Of a stretch of DNA of 64,000 bases, positions 53,801 to 64,000 are shown in pieces. The translations under genes and the position numbers were made by a program. The DNA comes from Eledone cirrhosa. Lineage: Eukaryota. Each line of letters opens with the position of its first letter. Positions within the stretch are counted from its first letter, which is position 1. The stretch is from assembly GCA_964016885.1 (NCBI GenBank), contig OZ024743.1, positions 16,988,001-17,052,000 of the forward strand. The letters run 5' to 3'. The notes under the pieces are model-generated. The model did no database searches. It saw only the letters and a list, made by a program, of their open reading frames with translations, and had not been told where the DNA came from.

Positions 53801-56334
53801 GGAGGCCATCGAAAAACGACAATTGGTGGTTTGCTCTGAAAAGAGCAATTAGAATAGAGTCCATTAGGTTTAGTAAGGCTTTAGCAATAGAGAAAAATAG
53901 AGCAGAGGGAGAATTAGTTAGAAAATTAGACGAGGCGCTTTGCAAAGGCATCGCGACCGACGTACCTGCGGCGAAATTGGCCCTTGACCAATTCTTCAAT
54001 GCAAAGCACGAAGGCTGCTTTGTCAGAGCTAAGGTGCGTGCTCTCAGACACGAGGGTACGAAAGCCGTTCAATGGGCCCGAGTGGCGGAGGCGCGTCGTC
54101 GCAACAAGCGACGATCCGGTCTTTGGTGAACCACGACGGGCGCATGCTACTCGATCCCGGGCAAATGTGTAAAGCTTTTCAGCCACACTTTGCTCAACTG
54201 TTCGGGGGCAGTGGCGTCCGGATCTTTAGTGTCTACTTAGACGGACTGCCGCGGCTCTCGGCCACTGAGGCGGAGTGATGCGAAAAGCCGATAACAGCCG
54301 CTGAAGTACGGGAGGCAATGACTGGTTGCACAAGGGGTAAATCGCCTGGTTTGGATGGTCTGCCCTATGAACTTTACGTTCAAATGCCAGACTTGTTCGG
54401 AGGCTTCTTGGCGGATGTCTACTGCAACTGGCAACAGAACGGGAGAATTTCCCAGCTCTGCGAGCCGAGGAGCGGTGGCGCTGCTGAGAAAGGATCCGAA
54501 CAAGGGGGATAACATAGATAATTTTAGGCCCATAACTCTGCTAATCACAGAGTTCAAGATTTTGGCCAAGGTGCTAGCAAAGAGGTTGGCGCTTGTCGTT
54601 GGTGGTCTCGTGGGAGAGGCGCAGACATGCGCCATTCCCGACAGATCCATCCACGACAACCTCCACCTCATGCGATACATCGTAGAGAGGGTAGCTAGGT
54701 AACCTGGCACGGGTGTGTCTTTGATAAATTTAAATCAGTCGAAAGCCTTCGATAGGGTCGACCATCGTTATCTAGCGGCAGTCCTGAGGGAGCCTGGCTT
54801 TGGGCCCGTCTTCAGAGGCTGGATCTGCCATGCACAGCGACATCTGCTCTGTGGTGAAAGTGAACGGTCACCTTTCGGAACCGTTCAACATCATGCGCTC
54901 GGTCCGCCAAGGATGTGCCCTCTCGTCCTTTTTGTACGTATGGAATCTCGAGCCATTACTGCACAAACCGGAGAGGCAGGTCCATGCCGTCCAACAGCGT
55001 CGACGGGCGCTGGACGGACGGACCGGTTAAATTGCTAGGGGTCTGGTTCGGTCCCGACCTCGAGACGGACAAAAACTGGGACGAGGTGACGAGCAGGGTG
55101 GCGTATCTCATCCAGTAATGGGCCGAGAAGAAGCTATCCCTGAAAGGTCGAGCGGAGGTGGCTAACGCGTACATTGCGTCCGTCATCTACTACCGCCTGA
55201 CCGTCGTACCTTGTCCTAAGCCCCGCCTGACTGCACTGGAGCGTTTGCTCTTTCGCTTTTTGTGAAAGGGACGTGCTCCGATGGTCAGGCGGTCCATCAG
55301 CTGTCAACATCCGCTACGGAGAGGTCTGGGCATGCCGTGGCTGATGATGCGCAGACAGGCGCTCAGGCTACGACATCACCTCTTCCTCGACGGTGATCAG
55401 GTGTGGTCGCCGTTTGCTAGTCACGTCTTTCCCCAGCTCGTCTCCTTGACGGAGCTGCAGTCCTGGGTCAAGCGAAGACCGAGAGGGAGCGCTTGGAGAC
55501 TGGAATGTCTTTAGGCGCTCACAGCCCTCGATGAATCGGGCAATGTGATCGGTGGAAACACCACCTTGGCGTTTATAGAGGATTAGTGGAGGGGAAGTGC
55601 GACGACGTACTTGGAGAAACTCTAGGCGTGTACGAAAATCAACTAGCCAATCTCTTCGGAAGGAACTTCGGGCCGGGGCCTATGGACAACTTCCAGAAAT
55701 CCCTGGCCTGGCAGTGCTAACGGGGATCTTTGCCAGTTCGGGATAACTCTACAGGCATGGAGGTGCAGTCAGCCGGGCAGGCCGAGATGCGCGCACTCGT
55801 CCAGTGTCCGAACATTGCTGACTTGTGGGTTTATGTCGAACACCTGCTGTCACGTGTAGGACGGATCCAGCTATCAGCTGAGTCCATCGTGAGGATTGCC
55901 CCACGCTCTTCCTTTTAGCAGTGAAGGGCAGGCTGTTTTTATCTGTCTGGTGGCCATGGCGAAAGAGATAGTATGGTGGACAGGTTTGAAAGGGCTGAAG
56001 ACGAGCACTTACCTCTTCGGTGATGCCCTGAATGGGTGAGAGAAGCACGTATGGCCCGAGTGAATGGGCCTACTCTGAGTATGTGTCTGTAAATTAAAGG
56101 TGGAAAACTGGGAGAGGGCACTTGCCCTGGTGGTCAGGGTCACTGTGGTCTTTTAATGGGCTTTCTCCACAAATGTCCCTCGGAAGTATCCCCCCTATTG
56201 GTGAATTTTTCTTTGTTATTTCATTACATCCTCTGTTTTTTTACACGCAGAAATGCCCATTTGTACCGTCCTGTATTGTCCTGTACTGTCCTTAATGTCT
56301 ACTTTATGTAAACCCTTGTGGTTAATAAAGAAAA

Positions 56335-56336
<2 letters not shown>
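50808..56336 (+). mobile_element. Tx1 family 1 copy 3, full length, decayed (ORF1 51017-52952, ORF2 52987-56092)
   Basis: 5' GGCGACCTACGTAG, knuckle CVVCCEETHLRAFC, APE and RT motifs. YADD region deleted near 54970. Confidence 0.93.
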
Positions 56337-56368
<32 letters not shown>

Positions 56369-56577
56369 GGCGACCTACGTAGTAAATCGTATCATCGTGA
56401 GCTCCGCAAAGGTTTGTTATTTCCGTTTGTTAAAAATTGCTATTTATGCAAAATTTTTATTGTTAACCATATATAAGCGCACATACATTGTTTTCCGAAT
56501 AGGACACCCAAAAAGATTGGGGCCTTGTGCCCAAAATTTAAACTTTTATTATTATCAAAAAATTTCTTGGAAAAAAA

Positions 56578-58557
56578 ATGGCTAATTCAGCTCTGCACCA
56601 AGCAGCTGAAAGCCTTCCTCACAAATTAACACCTCACACCGACACCACCATTGTAAATGTTACTACGTTTGCCAACGCTACAAAAAATTTAAGCACTAGC
56701 AATATTTTGAATTTGTCTCAGGCAGACATTAATTTCCCGCCATTACCAATGACTGCAGGTGTTAAAGCCTCCACCACCACCACCGCGACAACCACCACCC
56801 CCACCATCTTCGCGACAACAGAAACAAAAGAAGAAAAATATAAATTAACTTGTGATGTCGAAATGAAATCAAGCAAAATGGACTCTTCCCCACCAAAGAC
56901 GACTGACGTCACCACCACCACAACTGAAACTAAAATTAATATTAACACAAATAACGATAGCAACAACAACAACAATGACATTATAAAAACCACCCTCAGT
57001 TTCGCCAGAGTAGCAAAACAGTTCGAAGCATTTACGGTAACTCTGGAGGATTTAGAAAATGCCAAACAAATGGTAAAGAAAGATGGGTACAGGGTCAAAA
57101 CACCTAATAAAATGTAGCATCGGCGCCTATGCACCGTGTCGTATCGAACAATAAATATAAAATCGCGCCGAGTGGAACGGGCATCCGAGACCCAAATCCC
57201 AAAAGCTTTGGGACATGTGTGGGCAAGAAAAACCCACATCAGACGTGGGCAAAAGTATGGAACCGTGGACGTGTTCTTTGAAACTCCAGAGGAGGCTAGA
57301 GAACACTCCATGGCCCCATTAAGAAGTGACGACTTCACACTCGTCCCAAGCTATTGTGGCCAGAGTGTCGTAAAGATCAGGGTGACCCACGTTCCTCCGG
57401 CCATCGAAATTCCCTGGCTAATAGCGGCCGTCCTCGCCGGCATCGAAGCCAACACAAAAATAATAGCAATAGCAAAAGAAAAGCAGGAGAACTGGTCCGG
57501 ATCTGGGATGGAGCTCCTGATCCAAGCGGACCAAAAAAGCATTGAGGACATCCCAGAGGTAATAGACCTCACTGACGGCAGCCACCTCACGGTAATTGTC
57601 GAGGGCAGAAGACCTAGGTGTGTCGTTTGTGGTGAAGGAACCCACCTAAGAGCTTTCTGCCCTCTGGCTAAAACGTTGAGGCCACCTCTCCAACCCACCC
57701 CAGTGACACAACCATCAACACCACCAGTAGCAGAGATGGCAGCAACAACTGTAGCAGCAACAACAGAAGCAACTATAACAGCAACAACCCCAGCAACTGT
57801 AGCAAAACCAACACCACCACCACCACCAGCAAAACCAACACCACCACCACACAACGCTTCAGAACTAGCACCAGCGCCTACACCATCCACCACGCCACAA
57901 CCAAAACTAACGCCTGTGGAGGATTTTCCACTCACCGGCCTATCACAACTGGAGACAGATTGTGACGACGAGGAGAGGGAAACGATATCCAGAAAAAAAA
58001 AGAAACCAAAAAAGAAAAAATTCTCTTCCTTCCCCCTCCAAAAACAAAATACTGAGGGAAACAAATAAACTAAGAAACAAAAAAGTTAGGACAGATATGC
58101 CACCATCCACACAAACATCACCAACCCCATCAACCCAAACACCAACACCATCACCATCATTAACCGCAACACCACCATCACCTACACCACAAAAGTCACC
58201 AAAATGCGAAACAGAAACAAACCCACAACAAACGCAAACAAAACAATACAACCAAAACGATACACACTACACAGCATTAAATTTGAACAACAAGCAATTA
58301 TTACACTACATCCAACACAACACCAGCATCACAGAAAAAGACTACACAACAACCCCAAAATTCACACCACCTCCACACATACAAATCACTCGCATCACAC
58401 AGAAAACGTACATGACATTAAAAAAAAATTCCCCAAAGACATCGGAGACTTCCGACAAGCACTCTCCAGGAGGATTTATAAGGACATCCTTCCTGAGGAG
58501 GCCACAAGCAGTGAAAAGGATGGAAACACCGTCCTTCCCCTACGAGAAGTAAGGTAA
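56578..58557 (+). pseudogene. Tx1 ORF1 (RRM-like region plus zinc knuckle), disrupted
   Basis: GTVDVFF, KIRVTHVP, CVVCGEGTHLRAFC, ends LPLREVR*. Confidence 0.85.
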
Positions 58558-58591
58558 GTGGTCTTTCCCATCTTTTCCACTCCTTTTCAAC

Positions 58592-61500
58592 ATGATCTCA
58601 CTCAGAATAGGCAGCATAAATGCGCGTGGCTTGGGGTCGTCATGGAAGCAGGGCCACCTGCTCAACGACCTCTATTCACTAAACATAGATTTAGTGGCCA
58701 TCAGCGAGACCAGAATCTCCGAAGCACAGGTTTTCGCACCGATATTCGGCGTCTACGATGTGTACGCATCTCCCAGCCGTCCGGGATCGGGGGAGGAGTT
58801 GCTGTGCTTTTTCGGAGAGGTTTGGATCTTGCCATACGGGCCATCTTCCTGGACCCAGAAGGTAAGTTGGTGGTGCTGGACGTGACCAGCGGAGACGGGC
58901 AAGCTTTCAGGTTAGTGGCCGTCTATGCCCCGACAGGAGCAGGGCGGCCTGATTTCTTCCGGCGTCTGGAGACCTTTCTTGGAACGTCCCGCTCTTTAGT
59001 GTTAGTGGGTGACTGGAACGGTCTCTTAGATGCACGCTGGGATTGTGTGGGATTAGTGGATAGGGAAGGAGGGTGCACGAGTCTCACCAACCTGCTCAGA
59101 CGTTTTGAACTGTCTGCCAGGTACCGAATGGATTTCCCGAATGTACCAATGTGGACTTGGACAAATCGTATAGGGTCATCCAGATCATATCTAGATAGAA
59201 TATTTTGTAGGGAAATAGATAGGTCTAGCATAGGCTGTCCACAATTCAAGATAGTCAGCTACACGGACCACAAATTCGTGATCTGTGTGCTTCACTTAGA
59301 TAGGCTTCATAGACGAGGACCCGGCTACTGGAAGCTAAACGCGTCCTTACCAGCGCGCAAGACCTACAGAGACCGGATTAGCGAACTAGTTAAGCGGGCG
59401 TTGACGGGGGCCATCGTCAACAACAAGTGGTGGTTTGCTCTGAAAAGAGCAATTAGAATCGAGTCCATTAGGTTTAGTAAGACTTTAGCAATAGAGAAAA
59501 ATAGAGCAGAGGGAGAATTAGTTAGAAAATTAGATGAGGCGCTTAGCAAAGGCATCGCGACCGACGTACTTGCGGCGAAATTGGCCCTTGACCAATTCTT
59601 CAATGCAAAGCACGAAGGCTGCGTTGTCAGAGCTAGGGTGCGTGCTCTCAGACACGAGGGGACGAAAGCCGTTCAATGGGCCCGAGTGGCGGGGGCGCGT
59701 CATCGCAACAAAGCCACGATCCGGTCTTTGGTGGACCACGACGGGCGCATGCTACTCGATCCCGGGCAAATGTGTGAAGCTTTTCAGCGACACTTCGCTC
59801 AACTGTTCGGGGGCAGTGGCGGCCCGGATCGAGGGATGGACTTTAGTGTCTACCTCGACGGACTGCCGCGGCTTTCGGCCACTGAGGCGGAGTGTTGCGA
59901 AAACCGATAACAACCGCTGAAGTACGGGATGCAATGACTAGTTGCACAAGGGGTAAATCGCCTGGTTTGGATGGTCTGCCCTATGAACTTTACGTACAAA
60001 TGCCAAAATTGTTCGGAGGTCTCTTGGCGGACGTCTACTGCAACTGGCAACAGAACGGGAGAATTCCCAGCTCTGTGAGCCGAGGAGCGGTGGCGCTGCT
60101 GAGAAAGGATCCGAACAAGGGGGATAACATAGATAATTTTAGTCCCATAACTCTGCTAAACACAGAGTTCAAGATGTTGGCCAAGGTGCTAGCAAAGAGG
60201 TTGGCGCTTGTCGTTGGTGGTCTGGTGGGAGAGGCACAGACATGCGCCATTCCCGACAGATCCATCCAGGACAACCTCCACCTCATGCGATACATCGTAG
60301 AGAGGGTAGCTAGGGAACCTGGCACGGGTGGGTCTTTGATCAATTTAGATCAGTCGAAAGCCTTCGATAGGTTCGACCATCGTTACCTAGCGGCAGTCCT
60401 GAGGGCGGCTGGCTTTGGGCCCGTCTTCAGAGGCTGGATCGCTGCCTTGCACAGCGACATCTGCTCTGTAGTGAGAGTGAACGGTCACCTTTCGGAACCG
60501 TTCAACATCATGCGCTCGGTCCGCCAAGGATGTCCCCTCTCGTCCCTATTGTACGTATTGACTCTCGAGCCATTACTGCACAAACTGGAGACGTTGAAGG
60601 GGGTCCCGCGCGAACTAGGATGCGGAAGATCCGTGTCAGCATATGCCGACGATGTCACCGTAGTGGTGTCGAACGCCAAACACATCGAGGCGATCGTCAC
60701 TACACTAAGAGAATACGAAGCGGTGACAGGAGCAATGATCAACCAGGAAAAGTCAGTGGGCCTGCAGCTCGGCACCTGGAGAGGCAAGTCCATGCCGTCC
60801 AACAGCGTCGTCGGGCGCTGGACGGACGGACCGGTTAAATTGCTAGGGGTCTGGTTCGGTCCAGACCTCCAGACGGACAAAAACTGGGACGAGGTGACGA
60901 GCAGGGTGGCTTCTCTCACCCAGAAATGGGATGAGAGGAAGCTATCTCTGAAAGGTCGAGCGGAGGTGGCTAACGCGTACATCGCGTCCGTCATCTACTA
61001 CCGCCTGACCGTCGTACCTTGCCCTAAGCCCCGCCTGACTGCGCTCACAGCCCTCGACCAATCGGGCAATGTGATCGGTGGAAACTCCACCTTAGCGTTC
61101 TATAGGGGATTAGTGGAGGGGAAGAGCGACGACGTACTTGGAGAAACTCTGGGCGTCGACGAAAATCACTAGCCAATCACATCGGAAGGACTTTCGGACC
61201 AGGGCCTATGGACAACTTCCAGAAATCCCTGGCCTGGCAGTGCTACCGGGGTGCTTTGCCAGTTCGGGATAAACTTTACAGGCATGGAGGTGCCGTCAAC
61301 TGGGCATGTCCGAGATGCGCACAGGGCGACGAAACCGTCCTGCACGCACTCGTCCAGTGTCCAAGCATTGCTGACTTGTGGGTTTATGTCGAACACCTGC
61401 TGTCACGTGTAGGACGGATCCGGCTATCAGCTGAGTCCATCGTGAGGATTGCCCCGCCCTCTTCCTTTAGCCGGGAAGGGCAGGAAGTTTTTATCTGTCT

Positions 61501-61723
61501 GGTGGCCATGGCGAAAGAGATAGTATGGTGGACACGTTTGAAAGGTCTGAAGACGAGCACTTACCTCTTCGGTGATGCCCTGATTAACTTTTTCAAATTT
61601 CATCTGAAAAGGAAAATCAGGGTAGAGAGGGAAGTGCTCTCTTCCCAGCATTTTGTTGAGAGATGGGTGAGAGAAGCAAGTATGGCCCGAATGAATAGGC
61701 CTTCTCTGAGTATGTGTCTGTAA
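58592..61723 (+). pseudogene. Tx1 ORF2 APE-RT-CCHC, few frameshifts and one internal deletion near 61043
   Basis: GSINARG, SETR, GDWN, YLDRIF, TDH, GPGYWKLN, YADD, CPRCAQGDETVLHALVQC. Confidence 0.93.
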
Positions 61724-61967
61724 ATTAAAGGTGGAAAACTGGGAGAGGGCACTTGCCCTGGTGGTCAGGGCCACTGTGATCTTTTAATGGGCTTTCACCA
61801 CAAATGTCCCTCGGAAGTCTCCCCCCTATTGGGGAAATTTTCTTTGTTATTTTATTTCATCCTCTGTTTTTTTTTACACGCAGAAATGCCCATTTGTACC
61901 GTCCTGTATTGTCCTGTACTGTCCTTAATGTCTACTTTATGTAAACCCTTGTGGTTAATAAAGAAAA

Positions 61968-62007
<40 letters not shown>

Positions 62008-62015
62008 TTTATTAT

Positions 62016-64000
62016 AGCTGCATTTATCTTGCTTTATGTTCATACGAGTTATACCAATACACAACCAGTGACCTCAAGAGACAACAAGGTCCGCCATGTT
62101 CAAGTAAGAACATACATACTCACACATGCATCTTTAGGTGTTTAGACTTGTGATGTACTTATACTGACAGAATCTTCCTTAGTATATGGGCAGTTCCCAT
62201 TAGTACTATCTTTTGTATTTCTCCTATACGCGGGTTTCCTGGGATTTGCGATAAGTAATCATTAGACCCCTTAGGTATCATTCCTAGAGCGCCTACAACC
62301 ACTGGTATTCTTTAACTTCTCAACTTCCACATTTTTCAAATTTCTATCTCCAGGTCCTTATACTTGCTCAATTTTTTAAATGTTTTTATATATACATTCT
62401 TATCTATTAGAACGGACATATCAATTAGCAGGCATACCCTCTTTTTAAATCCTTCAATATTATATCAGGTCTATTTGCATCTAGTTTTCGGTCTGTTTGG
62501 ATGCTAAAGTTCTACAAGATTGAGATGTGATCTTTTTCAAGTATGGGGGGGGGGGGGATGATGCTCCCACCAATTCTTTTGATGGGGCAGGTCAAAATGC
62601 TTACACATTATCCAATGTATCTATTGTGCAGCTCTGTCATGCTTGTTTAGGTATTCGGTTGGAGCTATAGGACTGCACATTGAAATTATATAGTCAATGG
62701 TCTCTGGTTGTTTTTTACATACAGGGCATAATGGGCTGCATCCATTTTTTATTATGTTGGCTTGGTAATGTTTTGTTGGCAGACACTGATCTTGTGCTGA
62801 TATAATCAGTCCTTCAGTCTCCGATTTCAGTCCAGAGGATGCCAACCACTGATGGGTTAAAGTTTTGTCAACATCACGATTGTTAGCTCGTTCTGGGTAT
62901 TTTCCATACAGAGACTTTTCTTGCCATTTCTTAGCCAGTTTCTGTAGCAGTTCTTTCTTTGCAGTTACTTTTACCTGCTTTGCTTTTTCTGTGTTTTCCA
63001 TTTCAGCAGTAAATGGGACTTCTGAAATTTGTAGTCTATTACTGTATCTTTGTGCATCTTTTGTAATGGAGTATGATCTGTTGATGCTTTCGTGTTTCAA
63101 AACGAGTTTGATCATCCAATCATGTGATTCCCTTAGATATGTAGATAATGCAATTGTTGCAGTTTTCAACGCAATGTCTAACTGGATTAACCCACGTCCT
63201 CCTTCTTTCCTAGGGAGATATATTCTATCTGTATCTGCCTTAGGGTGATGCATTCTGTGCATGGTTAAGAATTTTCGAATTTTTGTATCGAGCCTTCGGA
63301 TCTCCGTGTTTGACCAGTTGATGACATTGTAACTGTAGGTTACTACTGGTATGGCAAGCGTGTTTATGGCATCGATCCTATTCCTTGCATTCAATTCCGT
63401 TCTTAAAATTGCTCTTACTCTGCGGTAACATTCCTTCCTTATCCTTTCCCTCATTGTCGAGTGCTTGATTCCGTCTCCTTCACAAACACCTAGATATTTG
63501 TTAAGTTTCATCTTGATCAAGCTCTCTTATCACATTCCCCCGATCAAGATTAATGTCTGAACTTTTCAGCAGCCTTCCTCTGGTGAACGTTGCTTCGGCG
63601 CATTCATCTATTCCAAACTCCATTTTAATGTCCTCACTGAACTACTCCACAGTGGATAATAGCCCTTGCAATTGTTCATCATTTTTTGCAAATAGTTTCA
63701 GGTCATCCATGTAGAACAAGTGATTAATGATTTTTTAATAGACTTTATATCCATGTTTTGTTTGATTGAGTATTTTACTTAATGGTATAAGTGCGATGCA
63801 TAATATAAACGGTGATAAAGAGTCACCCTGAACAATTCCACAATTAATATTAACTTCTCCAGCTTCCAGTGATTTTGTTTCACTATTGAAAAGGAGTGTC
63901 GTTTTCCATGTCTTCATCCTGAATGACAAAAACCTCCTGACAACGGGAGATATTTTGAAAATCTCTAAACATTTTTCAATCCAACTGTGTGGCAAACTAT
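62016..64000 (-). mobile_element. R4/Dong-like element, family C (3' part; runs off window end)
   Basis: QGDSLSP, YMDDLKL, KYLG, GGRGL, SAQDQ, CPVC, NRPDI. 3' end abuts (TTA)n. Confidence 0.9.

Larger units (their letters stand above)
56369..61969 (+). mobile_element. Tx1 family 1 copy 4, full length, least decayed
   Basis: Same 5' end as copy 3. In tandem with it across (TTA)n 56337-56368. Followed by (TTA)n 61970-62015. Confidence 0.95.

Overview
Eukaryotic, repeat-saturated DNA with no recognisable host gene. The tRNA-derived SINE resembles the abundant octopus SINEs, so an octopod cephalopod source is my inference. Three layers are visible. (1) Two (TTA)n-anchored clusters (1-17.2 kb and 45.8-64 kb) hold R4/Dong-like RLE retrotransposons, all on the minus strand, interleaved with Tx1/L1-clade APE retrotransposons, all on the plus strand. 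(2) A (TA)n-rich middle (17-45 kb) holds Penelope-like elements (PLEs), solo pLTR-like pieces and about ten minimal type I hammerhead ribozyme motifs from six or more sequence families. (3) Scattered elements are a Chapaev3 DNA transposon with TIRs and a TTA TSD, SINEs, and CRE-like and CR1-like fragments. Most interesting signals: (a) two Neptune-like PLEs appear built as ORF1 plus RT/GIY-YIG joined at a UUUUUUA -1 frameshift site; (b) a conserved AG|GTAAGT splice donor at the Tx1 ORF1 end whose use would fuse ORF1 to ORF2 in frame in two divergent families; (c) a SINE sharing its 3' terminal motif with the Tx1 LINEs; (d) a 487-nt terminally redundant hammerhead unit resembling a retrozyme. 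All clade names come from motif recognition by eye, not database searches.
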